Source: Candidatus Doudnabacteria bacterium
GTDB taxonomy: Bacteria; Patescibacteriota; Doudnabacteria; UBA920; O2-02-FULL-48-8
Assembly: GCA_039931165.1 (NCBI GenBank)
Contig: JBDTSL010000004.1
Coordinates: forward strand, 21,028-85,027
Length of the DNA: 64,000 bases
Direction of reading: 5' to 3'
Within the stretch, counting starts at the first letter, position 1. Every line of letters starts with the position of its first letter. The notes below the pieces were generated by a model. That model made no database searches and had not been told where the DNA came from. It was given only the letters and a program-made list of their open reading frames with translations. The position numbers and the translations under genes are program-made. Of the stretch, positions 10,172 to 20,384 are shown in pieces.

Positions 10172-11845
10172 ATGGCTGTAAAAAAACACGGTAAAGCTGC
10201 AAAATACATCTTTGTTTCAGGAGGCGTGATTTCCGGCCTCGGAAAAGGCATTACAGCGGCATCGATTGCCGCTATTTTAAAGGGTAAGGGGTATATAATT
10301 TCACCCGTAAAGGTGGATATGTACCTGAATTTTGACGCCGGCACCATCCGGCCGCAGGAGCATGGTGAAGTGTTTGTAACCAATGATGGAATAGAGACCG
10401 ACCAGGATCTGGGCCACTACGAGCGATTTTTGGATACGGACCTGGCTAAAGTCAACTATATGACCACGGGCCAGGTTTATTCCGAAGTGATGCGAAAAGA
10501 ACGGGCATTTGCGTACAATGGCGAGGACGTGGAAGCAATTCCGCATATCACAGACGAGATCATCCGCAGATTCAAGCTAGCAGGGAGAGGCGCTGATATA
10601 GTGATCATTGAACTGGGCGGAACCGTGGGCGAATATCAAAACGGTATTTTCTTTGAAGCGTCCCGGATCATGAAACTTCGCAGCCCCTCCGACGTGATTC
10701 AGGTCCATGTTGCCTACCTGCCGATTCCCGGAAATCTCGGTGAAATGAAATCCAAACCGGTCCAGCAATCGGTGAGACTGCTCAACTCCTTGGGAATCGA
10801 ACCGGATTTTATTGTGGCCCGTGCCGAGCACTACGTGGATGACCGGCGCAAGGAAAGAATCGCGCTGTTTTGCAATGTCAGCAAAGAGGATGTCATCTCA
10901 AACCCGGACATGGCATCTATTTACGAAGTGCCGTTGGTGCTGCAGCAGCAGAAACTGGGCGAAAAAATCCTGACAAAGTTCGGACTTCCGGTTGGCAAAA
11001 AGGACCTGGAGCCTTGGAGGAAACTGGTCCGGACCATCAAAACCGTGAAAAAAGAAGCTCATATCGCGGTTGTGGGAAAATACTTCAGCACCGGGAATTA
11101 CAATCTTTCCGATGTTTATGTTTCGATAATTGAGGCGCTGAAAGCCGCCAGTTGGCAAAATAAAGCCAAGCCTGTCCTGCATTGGATCGACTCGGAAAAA
11201 ATCGAGAAAGAAGGCACAAAGCTTTTGGAAAATATGGACGGTATTGTCATCACCCCCGGATTCGGCAAAAGGGGAGTGGAGGGCATGATCTCCGCCATCA
11301 CCTACGCCCGCGAAAACATAGTCCCTTATCTGGGGTTATGCTATGGCATGCAAATGGCCTCAATCGAATTTGCCCGCAATGTTTTGAAGCTCAAAGCCGC
11401 GCATACGGTCGAAGTGGACGACGAGACACCCCACCCGATCATAAATATAATGCCTGAACAGGAAAAAAAGCTTTTGAAAAAAGATTACGGCGCCTCCATG
11501 CGTTTGGGGTCCTGGCCTTGCGTGCTTAAGCCCGGTTCAAAGGCGGAAAAAGCCTATGGATCCCGCAAGATTGAAGAGCGCCACCGCCACCGCTATGAAT
11601 TCAATAACAAATACCGCAAGCAGTTTGAAAACGCGGGTATGGTTTTTTCAGGAACCTCACCTGACGGCCATTTGGTTGAAATAATTGAACTTGCCGATCA
11701 TCCATTCTTTGTCGGCGTCCAGTTCCACCCCGAATTCAAATCCCGTCCCCTAAATCCCGGCCCGCTTTTCCGCGAATTCATCAAAGCCGCGCTGAAGAAT
11801 AAAGATTTTTTAACCACAAAAGCGACCAAAATCAAGTCTAAATAA
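10172..11845 (+). CDS. pyrG: CTP synthase
   Basis: KYIFVSGGVISGLGKG, HGEVFVT, KSKPVQQSV, GLCYGMQ, ERHRHRYE, QFHPE. Confidence 0.98.
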   Translation: MAVKKHGKAAKYIFVSGGVISGLGKGITAASIAAILKGKGYIISPVKVDMYLNFDAGTIRPQEHGEVFVTNDGIETDQDLGHYERFLDTDLAKVNYMTTGQVYSEVMRKERAFAYNGEDVEAIPHITDEIIRRFKLAGRGADIVIIELGGTVGEYQNGIFFEASRIMKLRSPSDVIQVHVAYLPIPGNLGEMKSKPVQQSVRLLNSLGIEPDFIVARAEHYVDDRRKERIALFCNVSKEDVISNPDMASIYEVPLVLQQQKLGEKILTKFGLPVGKKDLEPWRKLVRTIKTVKKEAHIAVVGKYFSTGNYNLSDVYVSIIEALKAASWQNKAKPVLHWIDSEKIEKEGTKLLENMDGIVITPGFGKRGVEGMISAITYARENIVPYLGLCYGMQMASIEFARNVLKLKAAHTVEVDDETPHPIINIMPEQEKKLLKKDYGASMRLGSWPCVLKPGSKAEKAYGSRKIEERHRHRYEFNNKYRKQFENAGMVFSGTSPDGHLVEIIELADHPFFVGVQFHPEFKSRPLNPGPLFREFIKAALKNKDFLTTKATKIKSK

Positions 11846-11847
11846 AT

Positions 11848-11888
11848 TAATAAAAAACCGCCCCAGCTTCCGGAGCGGTTTTTTATTA
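11848..11888. terminator. Bidirectional intrinsic terminator
   Basis: taataaaaaaccgc...gcggttttttatta between convergent genes. Confidence 0.75.
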
Positions 11889-11893
11889 GAGCT

Positions 11894-13042
11894 TTATTTT
11901 TGCGTAGTTTCCTGTTGCCAGTGATGTGATGCAAACGCGCCTAGAGTGATCAGCCAAAGTCCGAACAATACTATCCAACCCACGATCGGAATTAAGCCCA
12001 GAAGCAGCATGATCACAGCGCCGACCCCGAGATCCCGCCAGTGATTTGGGCCTGCATTTTTTTGATACCAACCCCAAACCAACCTTCCTGTATAAAACAT
12101 GACCAGAACGGAAGAAATTACAAGAAGCAAACCGTAACTGAGCATAACTATCAGTCCCAAATATACCCCAACCACGGTAATCATCAAAATAATCGCGAGA
12201 ATAGGCAGGACTACCAGTACCGCAAATCCGATTCCAAGGTCGTGCCAAGGTCTAGCCAGAGCCTCTTTGACCACAGACGCAACTTTGGCTGGAAAAAGCC
12301 AAACCAGGACCAAACCCGCGGCAAGGAGCATCAAGAATTTAAATATGCTGCCGATAATCATCATACCGGCGAAACCGCCTTTTTGAGCCACTTGTTTGTT
12401 TACTTTAGTAAACTCAATCGGTCCGACTTTAGCGCCTGGCATCACAACCGCTTCCACGGGTCCTTTAAAGCTAATTTTCCCGCTTACCTCTGCATTTGAT
12501 CCAAAGGTCAGGCTCTTGCTGGCCATGATTTCAATAACGTTGCCGCTGACCTTGCCATTGATCGTAACTTCACCGCCTCCGATTTTTAGGTTCCCGGTTA
12601 CATCAGAATCCACGGAAATATTGCCTCCACCGATCACAAGATCTCCGCCAATGCTTGCTTTTTGCGCGACAGATATATTGCCGCCGGCCACAACAAGATC
12701 CCCGTTGACAGGGCCGCTGATGGAAATATTTCCGCCCGCTATACGGGCAGTTTCACCCACCGAACCATTGATATTCAAATTTCCGCCCGCGACCAATAGA
12801 TCTTTTTCAACGTCCCCATTAACTGTGACCACTCCGCCGGCAGCGGCAAGATCACCTTTGGTTTGGCTGTTTACTGTGACGTTCGCTCCCGCTATGTAGA
12901 GATTTTTATGCGTCTCTTTCTGCAAGGTTGAAACATTGGAGTCGGTCTTGCTTGCCGGAGCTATAAACTCAGCCGCTTGGACGGTTACTGCCGCCAAAAA
13001 AGATAACGCGATCACCGCGCCTAAAACCTTAACTTTGTTCAT
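11894..13042 (-). CDS. Signal peptide + polymer-forming (bactofilin-like) beta-repeat domain + multi-TM protein
   Basis: Repeated GDLxxAGGxVxVNG units followed by several TM helices. Confidence 0.75.
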   Translation of the reverse strand: MNKVKVLGAVIALSFLAAVTVQAAEFIAPASKTDSNVSTLQKETHKNLYIAGANVTVNSQTKGDLAAAGGVVTVNGDVEKDLLVAGGNLNINGSVGETARIAGGNISISGPVNGDLVVAGGNISVAQKASIGGDLVIGGGNISVDSDVTGNLKIGGGEVTINGKVSGNVIEIMASKSLTFGSNAEVSGKISFKGPVEAVVMPGAKVGPIEFTKVNKQVAQKGGFAGMMIIGSIFKFLMLLAAGLVLVWLFPAKVASVVKEALARPWHDLGIGFAVLVVLPILAIILMITVVGVYLGLIVMLSYGLLLVISSVLVMFYTGRLVWGWYQKNAGPNHWRDLGVGAVIMLLLGLIPIVGWIVLFGLWLITLGAFASHHWQQETTQK

Positions 13043-13101
13043 AAATTTCGTTTCTTAATTATCTAGAGTAATTTAAGCACTAAACCTGAGCTTTGGCAAA
13101 T

Positions 13102-13128
13102 AAAAACCGCTCCAGAGCGGTTTTATTT
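13102..13128 (-). terminator. Intrinsic terminator after rpmA
   Basis: aaaaccgctc-ca-gagcggtttt hairpin with A/T tracts. Confidence 0.7.
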
Positions 13129-13136
13129 TAAAAAAA

Positions 13137-13418
13137 TTATTTTCCAGACAATACATGCACGAATCGTCTTTGGTGCAAGTTGCCGTCAAATCCGCGGACT
13201 TTTTTGGCGGTGAATTTCACTGTGCCGATCCCGACGGAATAAAGAGTGTCGTCAGAGCCCTTGCGCACATTTTTACCCGGGTGCCACTTGGTGCCGCGCT
13301 GACGGACCAGAATCGTTCCTAGTTTGGCGGTTTGACCGCCGAAAAGTTTAATTCCCAGTCTTTTGGATTGCGAATCGCGCCCTAGGGCTGTAGATCCGCC
13401 TGCTTTTTTATGAGCCAT
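13137..13418 (-). CDS. rpmA: 50S ribosomal protein L27
   Basis: [35 protein letters not shown]. Confidence 0.97.
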   Translation of the reverse strand: MAHKKAGGSTALGRDSQSKRLGIKLFGGQTAKLGTILVRQRGTKWHPGKNVRKGSDDTLYSVGIGTVKFTAKKVRGFDGNLHQRRFVHVLSGK

Positions 13419-13473
13419 AAATCGTGTAACGAGGAGCGTAGAGCCAGTAACGTTATACGTTACGCGTTATACG

Positions 13474-14811
13474 CTATACGAGTTCCTCACCGGATTCTGT
13501 CTCCAACGCATTTGCGTCTTCTACTACAGTTTCCTGTTTAGTTTCTTCTCCATATTTAACAACAAATATTTCTCTTGCGACAACTTGATCCTTGCGGTCA
13601 TAGATGACGGACTTGCGAGGAGTTACCCGTAAAAATTTATATTTGACCGATAAATATTCAGGTAAAGGATCTAGAATAGTGTAGCCATTTTCGGTGATGA
13701 AGTCAAGGTCGGGCATAAACGCATAATCCGACATACTGACTTTATAAGCGGGGAAGGACACAACAACTTTTGAGCCCGGAGCAAGAAATTTTTTGAACTC
13801 CTTGAAAACCTGGTCGTAGAGTTTGGACAAGGTTTTGAAATTTGAGGTCATTTCGGGCTTTTTTGGAATCTTGGAGTATAGCGGGCCAAGCGTGCCTTCG
13901 GTAACCACAGCCGCGATTTTATATTTGGGTAATTGAATTGAGATTTCGGCGGCGTTGGACCGGAAAAGCTTGTAACGCCCCAGCGCGACATGATAGCGGT
14001 TGCGGAACCATTCCAGATTTTTCTCACTGTTTTCGACCATTTTCTGCTCAATGTCCGAACCAATAGCTCGATATCCCATGAGAACTGACTCCTGCAGGAT
14101 TGTGCCGGAGCCGCAGAAAGGGTCCAAAATATAGTCCATAGGTTTCAAGGGTCCGGCAAGATTGATCATGGTCTGGGCTACTTTTGGCGGGATCATCCCT
14201 ATCTTTTCGTCGCGGGCAGGTCTCTGATAATCTCTTCTTCCGTAATCTTCGTAGTTTTGGACCGATAAAGTTTTACCGACGAACAATCTTTGGTTGCCGG
14301 CGATGATCACAACCTCCGCGCCTTTAGCGAGCAGTTGGTTCTCGGTCACTTGGACGGATGAAAGCGCTTGAGATGGGAATTGAGGCAGCACGGCGCGTAT
14401 GCTTTGGGACTGATCCTGGATGATTTTTTTTATCAGGAAGGCGATTCGCGGAGCTTCTTCATAAAACTTAATGGTAGGATCAAGCGAATAAATGGATACG
14501 CCGAACTGTTTTTTGCCCGAGTATTCGTGAAAGTATTCTTTTATTCTTTTGAAAGTAAAGTAGCCGGCCAAAACCTGCGACGGGAATTCTTTTCCCTTCT
14601 TTTGAAAAGTATCGAATAAGCGTATAATTTTAATGGTGCCGCCGAGACGGGCCTGAAGCGATTCGGTATTCAATGCTTTGTCCGCCTCGATCACCACAAC
14701 CTCGGGTGAGCAGGCCATGACTTTGTAGGCCACTTCCAGTGAAGTCAGGACCGCAAGCAGCTCGGCCAAAGACAGCGTGTAAACCCTCCCTAAAATAAAC
14801 GCGTATTGCAT
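13474..14811 (-). CDS. Trm11/Trm-G10-like SAM-dependent RNA methyltransferase
   Basis: RDYQRP..GMIPPKVAQTMINL, ILDPFCGSGTIL, GSDI. Confidence 0.75.
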   Translation of the reverse strand: MQYAFILGRVYTLSLAELLAVLTSLEVAYKVMACSPEVVVIEADKALNTESLQARLGGTIKIIRLFDTFQKKGKEFPSQVLAGYFTFKRIKEYFHEYSGKKQFGVSIYSLDPTIKFYEEAPRIAFLIKKIIQDQSQSIRAVLPQFPSQALSSVQVTENQLLAKGAEVVIIAGNQRLFVGKTLSVQNYEDYGRRDYQRPARDEKIGMIPPKVAQTMINLAGPLKPMDYILDPFCGSGTILQESVLMGYRAIGSDIEQKMVENSEKNLEWFRNRYHVALGRYKLFRSNAAEISIQLPKYKIAAVVTEGTLGPLYSKIPKKPEMTSNFKTLSKLYDQVFKEFKKFLAPGSKVVVSFPAYKVSMSDYAFMPDLDFITENGYTILDPLPEYLSVKYKFLRVTPRKSVIYDRKDQVVAREIFVVKYGEETKQETVVEDANALETESGEELV

Positions 14812-14852
14812 ATAACGTATAATGTATAACGTGTAACCTATAACCGTTAACT

Positions 14853-15215
14853 ATGGAAAATTTAAAGAATTTTCTAAAAGCTTATCAGCAACCCTTGGTC
14901 CTGACAATCGGCTACTTGCTCGTCGCCTGTTTAGCTTTCGGCTTGGGAAGATATACGTTACCGAAACAATCAGCACGACAAGTGAGTAGCGTTAAGGTGC
15001 AGGAGGCTAGCGCAACACCTTTAAATTATAATCCAAACTCGGCTTCAATACAATCCGCCAGTGACGTAAATTGCGCCGGCAAGATCAAAGGATCTGCCAG
15101 CCTGATCTACCATGTGCCCGGAGGAGCGTTCTATAATAAAACCTCTCACCCTATCCGATGTTTTAACTCCGAAGCGGAAGCCAAGGCGGCAGGCTTCAGA
15201 AAGTCGAGTCGATAG
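14853..15215 (+). CDS. Membrane-anchored protein with Ada metal-binding-like C-terminal domain
   Basis: N-terminal TM; IKGS..IYHVPGG..RCFNSEAEAKAAGFRKS. Confidence 0.7.
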   Translation: MENLKNFLKAYQQPLVLTIGYLLVACLAFGLGRYTLPKQSARQVSSVKVQEASATPLNYNPNSASIQSASDVNCAGKIKGSASLIYHVPGGAFYNKTSHPIRCFNSEAEAKAAGFRKSSR

Positions 15216-15216
15216 C

Positions 15217-16404
15217 ATGAACATGGAGAGAATATATTTGGACTATGCCGCCACAACACCTTTAGACAATCGTGTCGCGAAAACGATGCGTGATTTTGAA
15301 TTGGAATTTTACGGCAACCCCAGCTCCACCCATCGGGAAGGCCAGGCTGCCCGAGCCAGAATTGACACCGCCCGCGAAGCGGTGGCGAAGTTTATTAACG
15401 CCAAGACTCAGGAAGTAATTTTCACCTCAGGCGCAACCGAAGCCAACAACCTGGCGATCCAGGGCACGGTCAGCCACTATATCAAAGAATTTCAGATGAA
15501 ACCTCATGTGATAACAACCATGCTTGAGCACCAGTCCGTTTACAATACAGTTAAAGAACTAAGCAAGCAGGGGATTATAGACGCGACTTTTATCAGTCCG
15601 TCCCCAGATGGACTGATAAATCCAGACGAGATCATCAAATCAATTACCGCCAACACTGTTCTAGTCAGCGTGATTTTTGTATCGAATGAGATAGGCTCAG
15701 TTTTGCCGGTAAGAGAGATCGGGCGCAAACTGGATGAGACCAATAAGCGCCAAAAATATCAGATCATGTACCACATTGACGCAGTACAGGCAGTTAAGTA
15801 TCAAAATTGCAATGTGGAAAAATTAAATTGCAGTCTTTTAACCATGTCCGCGCATAAAGTTCATGGTCCGAAGGGGATTGGCGCTTTATACACTAAATCG
15901 AGGGTCAAGATCAATAATTTACTTTATGGAGGCTCTCAGGAATACGGCAAGCGTCCAGGCACCCAAAATACCGCTGGAATTATCGGCATGGCCAAGGCGC
16001 TGGAACTTTTGGGGACATTGGAGAACCGGCAGGAGGCCGGGAAAAAAATTTCCGTTCTAAGGAATAAATTAATTGAAGGAATAAAAAAAATAGATCAAGC
16101 TGATTTGAACGGCCCGGAGGGGGAGATGCGTTCGCCGGATAACGTCAGCTTTACTTTTTATGGGGTAGACCAGGACGCTCTCATGACCGCTCTCGACCTG
16201 GCCGGCATTGCCGCTTCCACCGGTTCTGCGTGCGTTTCAGGCTCATCTGAACCGTCTTATGTCATTGAGTCCTTAGGTAAAATCGGCAGCAAGCCCGCCG
16301 CCACAGTACGATTTACGCTTGGAAAAAGCACTAAAAATTCAGATATTGTTTATACGTTGAAAGCGCTTTTGAAAATAATCCCGCAGCTTCGCCGAACTGT
16401 ATGA
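15217..16404 (+). CDS. iscS: Cysteine desulfurase (NifS/IscS family)
   Basis: IYLDYAATTP, GNPSS, FTSGATE, SAHKVHGPKG PLP-Lys, STGSAC; start moved to 15217 (or 15223). Confidence 0.9.
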   Translation: MNMERIYLDYAATTPLDNRVAKTMRDFELEFYGNPSSTHREGQAARARIDTAREAVAKFINAKTQEVIFTSGATEANNLAIQGTVSHYIKEFQMKPHVITTMLEHQSVYNTVKELSKQGIIDATFISPSPDGLINPDEIIKSITANTVLVSVIFVSNEIGSVLPVREIGRKLDETNKRQKYQIMYHIDAVQAVKYQNCNVEKLNCSLLTMSAHKVHGPKGIGALYTKSRVKINNLLYGGSQEYGKRPGTQNTAGIIGMAKALELLGTLENRQEAGKKISVLRNKLIEGIKKIDQADLNGPEGEMRSPDNVSFTFYGVDQDALMTALDLAGIAASTGSACVSGSSEPSYVIESLGKIGSKPAATVRFTLGKSTKNSDIVYTLKALLKIIPQLRRTV

Positions 16405-16412
16405 ACTGGCCC

Positions 16413-16441
16413 TTGACTATTCGTCAAAACTACTGTATACT
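16413..16441 (+). promoter_or_regulatory. Sigma70-type promoter
   Basis: TTGACT-17 bp-TATACT. Confidence 0.65.
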
Positions 16442-16474
16442 AATTAGTCTTTTGTAATAACTAATTCCAACCTA

Positions 16475-17227
16475 ATGAAAAATAAATTTTGGTTAATCTT
16501 AGCTCTGATTTTACTCGCCGCCGGTGGAGCGTATTTTGTTTCCAAAAATCCTACCGCTCACAAAGTGGCGGATGTGGTCGTAGGTAAAACCCCGCCTCAG
16601 CCACCCGATATAACTTTCAATCCCTCTGTTCCTGATGTCGTGAAGGCGACTTCAGCTTTGCTGAACGTTCCTTTTGTTTCGCAGGCCCCGACCGGGAACT
16701 GGGCTGATCAGAAACAGGAAGACGGCTGTGAAGAAGCTGCGGTGCTCATGTCCTGGCTTTGGATCAATGATAAGTCAATCACTCCGGCCGATGCGGAAAA
16801 GACCATTATCAATATGGCTGACTTTGAAACCGCCCATTACGGAAATTATGCCGATACGGACGCGCAGGATACTGCCAAATTTTTCACCGACTATTACGGC
16901 TATACGAATATTGAAGTGAAAATCAATATCACGATTGATGACATTAAAAACGCTCTGCGGGCAGGCAAGTTGGTCTTAGCTCCGGCCAATGGCACCAAAT
17001 TAGGCAATCCGCATTATAAATCACCTGGCCCAACCACCCATTTTTTGGTCATCAAAGGTTTTGACGATGCCACGGGGTTGTTTACCACAAATGACTCAGG
17101 GACTCAGTATGGCAAAAACTACACTTATAACTATCAAACTTTATTTAACGCATTGGTAAATTATCCCACAGGCAATCATCTGGATCAGACAGGCCGGCCC
17201 AAGGCCATGATCATCGTGACAAAATAA
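16475..17227 (+). CDS. Membrane-anchored C39-like cysteine peptidase
   Basis: LNVPFVSQAP, DGCEEA (Cys), HFLVIKGFD (His), NDSG (Asp). Confidence 0.8.
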   Translation: MKNKFWLILALILLAAGGAYFVSKNPTAHKVADVVVGKTPPQPPDITFNPSVPDVVKATSALLNVPFVSQAPTGNWADQKQEDGCEEAAVLMSWLWINDKSITPADAEKTIINMADFETAHYGNYADTDAQDTAKFFTDYYGYTNIEVKINITIDDIKNALRAGKLVLAPANGTKLGNPHYKSPGPTTHFLVIKGFDDATGLFTTNDSGTQYGKNYTYNYQTLFNALVNYPTGNHLDQTGRPKAMIIVTK

Positions 17228-17234
17228 AAAAAAA

Positions 17235-17526
17235 GGGGACACAGAGATAAAATAATAAGCGCAAACTTCAGACAGGAGAGTTCGGGAGCAAAGTAACAGA
17301 AGGGCTTATTTCAAGAACGTTAGCTAGTCGCACAATGTACCTTATACGACAACACTTTTTTAAGCCCTATTTGTGTTGTCGTATAAGGTCGCGGAGTTGC
17401 TGCGACAAAATCATATTTATCCCCTAGCCGTTTGTCGCGAAATTTCGCGCGAAATTTATTTGAAATTACTAAATTAATAATCAGAGATTCAAAAACCGAC
17501 CAGCAGGGTCGGTTTTGTCTCTCCCC
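17235..17526. ncRNA. Candidate structured non-coding RNA (strand uncertain)
   Basis: About 300-bp gap with complementary ends, a perfect 17-bp stem (17339-17355/17373-17389), an 8-bp loop pseudoknot and alternative helices. Confidence 0.4.
17491..17516. terminator. Intrinsic terminator (probably bidirectional)
   Basis: aaaaaccgacc-agcag-ggtcggtttt. Confidence 0.7.
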
Positions 17527-17530
17527 TATT

Positions 17531-18835
17531 TTAGAGGAAGTTTAGGGGATTATAGGTTGCTCCATAAGGCACATCGTATGGACCATATATGTTCGGGTAA
17601 GCGCCGGGTGAAATCCCAAAACCTTCCGCATCAAAGACTGTAAAGTGCAGGTGATACCCGCGATGAGGCCCATAAATTAATCTGGTGGTGTTGCCGGTAT
17701 TACCTTCAAATCCCACAAGGTCGCCTTGTTTGACTGATTGTCCTTTGTTCAAAGTAAAGCTGCTCATATGACCATATAAAGACACGATTGCCCGGCCGCT
17801 GAATTGCCCAACTGTGTGTTTGATCGCAACCCAGTTGCCGTAGGCACCCGTACCTGTGCCTGTCCCGACCACCACCCCGTCACCGGCCGCGTAAATCGGA
17901 CTTCCTGGCGGGGCTGCGATGTCTATGCCGTTATGATAATTATATCCGAGCGCCGTAAATCCCGTATTGCCGTAGCCTTGCGTCAGAGTTCCTTCCATCG
18001 GCCAGCCGAGCAGGCCGTGGATCGAAGGCAGTTTGCGGTTTCCAAGCTTGGCGCTGATAGCCGCGTCAAGATCGAAAATTTCCTTGTTCAACTGATTTTC
18101 CTGTTGCTGGGAATCCGTCAACAGCCTTTGATAGGCTTTTTCCTGCCCCTTGGTTTCGTCCAGGACTTTTTGCCGCGCGACTCTTTGGCCGCTAAGACTG
18201 GCTTTACTGGTGTCCAGCTGGACCAGCAAATTATCCAGACTGGCTTTTTCGGCTTTTAAATCCGCCTGCCGCAGCTGCAGATCAGCTTGCAGTTTTTTGA
18301 TCTTGGTCAATGCTTGTTGGCTTTGATCCTGAATGCTCGAAACATATTGGACCTGGTCCAAGAATTGCTGGAAATTTTCGTTTTCAAGAGCTATTTCCAG
18401 AGGACTCCGCTGGTCCAGATCGTTAATATCCACCATCAGCGTCTTTAAGATCGCTTTCTGTTTGGTTATGTCATTTTCGGTTTTTACTATTTTGTCCGTC
18501 ACATCCGCGATGGCTATGTTGGACGCGTCAATTTTAGCCCGGGTTGCGTCTATTTGCGCAGAGGCTTCCGCAATTTGCAGGTCAAGTATGGCTAAGGTAT
18601 TTTTCAGGGTATTGGCCTGGGATTGTTTTTGCTTGATCTGGCTCTGGTAATCCGTAATTTTCTGGAGTATTGCGTCAAGCTGTTTCTGCTTGTCCAGTTT
18701 CTGCGCTGCGAGCTGATCCGCTGTTTGGCCTAAGACCTTGGGAGTCGCGCTGATAGCAAAAATAACGCCCACAATGAGCAGACCGGAAATTAATTTCTTT
18801 AAATTATTTTTATTTTGTTTCGAAATGATAGACAT
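17531..18835 (-). CDS. Coiled-coil M23 peptidoglycan endopeptidase (EnvC/PcsB-like architecture)
   Basis: Signal/TM, long coiled coil, HNGID, YGHM, HLHF motifs. Confidence 0.88.
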   Translation of the reverse strand: MSIISKQNKNNLKKLISGLLIVGVIFAISATPKVLGQTADQLAAQKLDKQKQLDAILQKITDYQSQIKQKQSQANTLKNTLAILDLQIAEASAQIDATRAKIDASNIAIADVTDKIVKTENDITKQKAILKTLMVDINDLDQRSPLEIALENENFQQFLDQVQYVSSIQDQSQQALTKIKKLQADLQLRQADLKAEKASLDNLLVQLDTSKASLSGQRVARQKVLDETKGQEKAYQRLLTDSQQQENQLNKEIFDLDAAISAKLGNRKLPSIHGLLGWPMEGTLTQGYGNTGFTALGYNYHNGIDIAAPPGSPIYAAGDGVVVGTGTGTGAYGNWVAIKHTVGQFSGRAIVSLYGHMSSFTLNKGQSVKQGDLVGFEGNTGNTTRLIYGPHRGYHLHFTVFDAEGFGISPGAYPNIYGPYDVPYGATYNPLNFL

Positions 18836-18881
18836 ATGCGTTTATTCTATCATTTTATGGGGTTTTTGTAAAGCTGCTACG

Positions 18882-20384
18882 TTACTTGAACAAAATTTCT
18901 GCCGCCTTGCTGACGCGCTTTATGATTTGTTCTTTGCCGTCGGGCAACACGGAAAAAGCGTCCATGATTTCATAGGGTCCCGGCGAAGCTTCAAGACCGG
19001 TCAGAGCCACCCTCAATGGCCAGAGCACTTCTCCGGTTTTAAGCTTCTCTGACTCGATAAACTTTTTGGTTTCGGATTCCAAAATATCTCTCTTGAATTT
19101 TTTTGCCGGTAAGGTTTGCAGGAAAGTTTGCAGACTCTCTAGATTTTTTATAATTGTCTGTTTTTCCGTTTTTTTCCAAATTAAAAGCTGAGGATCATAT
19201 GTGGGTTCTTTAAAAAAGTATTCTACCCTCTCCCCTATCTCGGACAATTTCCTCAGCCTTCCGCGTTCGAGTTCCAATATCTTTTCGATGAATTCTTTCG
19301 GATATTTACCGGTTTCAATCCCAGTTTTTATGAGATAGGGCAGACAGCGAGCAAACAATTCTTCGATTTTCAGTCTACGAATGTACATGCTGTTAAACCA
19401 ATCAAGCTTATCCAGATCAAAAATCGCTCCCGAACGGTTAACTTTGTCCAAAGAAAAAACCTGAACCAATTCCAGCATGCTGAAAATTTCCTGCTCGGTT
19501 TTAGGATTCCATCCTTGAAAAGCCAGAAAATTTATCAAGGCTTCGGGTAGGTAGCCTTTTTCCAAAAAATCTTGGACCGAAACGTCACCTTCTCTTTTTG
19601 ACAGTTTCTTGCCGGTTGTCTTGGATAGAATCGGCGGCAGGTGGACGAATGTCGGTAGCTTCCAACCGAATGCCTGATACAGCAAAATATGCTTTGGAGT
19701 GGATGGGATCCATTCATTGGATCTGATTACATGGGTTATTTCCATCAAATGATCATCCACTACTACCGCCAGATGGTATGTAGGAAACCCATCGGATTTT
19801 AACAACACCTGGTCATCTACTTCGTTCGAAGAAATTTTTATCGGTCCGTAAACCAAATCGATAAATTCAATCAAGTGATCGGGATGGACATTTAGCCTGA
19901 TGACGTGGGATTCGCCGTTTTTAATTTTTTGCGCCACCTCAGCTTCTGAAAATTTCAAACAAAACTTGTCATACTTAGGCGGAAGTTTGTTTACCTGTTG
20001 CTCCTGGCGCAATTGTACAAGGCGTTCTTTCGTGCAAAAACAGTAATAGGCGGCTTTTTTATCTAACAACTCCTGGGCGTATTTTTTATATATATCCAAC
20101 CTCTGAGACTGAATATAAGGCCCCTTATCGCCCCGGGATTTCAGGCCATTATCCCAGTACGGTCCTTCGTCGGTATTAATTCCCAATTCATGCAGCGATT
20201 GAACAATATTCTCAAGGGAGCCCGGAACCAGTCTTTCTTGATCCGTGTCCTCGATACGCAAAATATATTTGCCGTTGTTTTTTCTGGCGAATAAAAAATT
20301 GTAAAGAAATGTCCTTATGCCGCCAATGTGTAACAGACCCGTAGGACTTGGCGCGTTTCTTACTCTTACTTCAATTTTATCCAT
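18882..20384 (-). CDS. gltX: Glutamate--tRNA ligase
   Basis: APSPTGLLHIGG (HIGH), RIEDTD, PTYHLAVVVDD, KLSKR (KMSKS). Confidence 0.96.
   Translation of the reverse strand: MDKIEVRVRNAPSPTGLLHIGGIRTFLYNFLFARKNNGKYILRIEDTDQERLVPGSLENIVQSLHELGINTDEGPYWDNGLKSRGDKGPYIQSQRLDIYKKYAQELLDKKAAYYCFCTKERLVQLRQEQQVNKLPPKYDKFCLKFSEAEVAQKIKNGESHVIRLNVHPDHLIEFIDLVYGPIKISSNEVDDQVLLKSDGFPTYHLAVVVDDHLMEITHVIRSNEWIPSTPKHILLYQAFGWKLPTFVHLPPILSKTTGKKLSKREGDVSVQDFLEKGYLPEALINFLAFQGWNPKTEQEIFSMLELVQVFSLDKVNRSGAIFDLDKLDWFNSMYIRRLKIEELFARCLPYLIKTGIETGKYPKEFIEKILELERGRLRKLSEIGERVEYFFKEPTYDPQLLIWKKTEKQTIIKNLESLQTFLQTLPAKKFKRDILESETKKFIESEKLKTGEVLWPLRVALTGLEASPGPYEIMDAFSVLPDGKEQIIKRVSKAAEILFK

Noticed and set aside
17235-17332. 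Resemblance to tmRNA (GGGGAC start, GCAAAC resume codon), RNase P RNA (AACAGAA.GGCTTA) or a c-di-GMP-I riboswitch (GCAAAC..GCAAA)
   Set aside because: No tRNA-like 3' end and the tag would not end in Ala-Ala; no P4 pairing; riboswitch stems do not form convincingly. Kept only as an unassigned RNA candidate.
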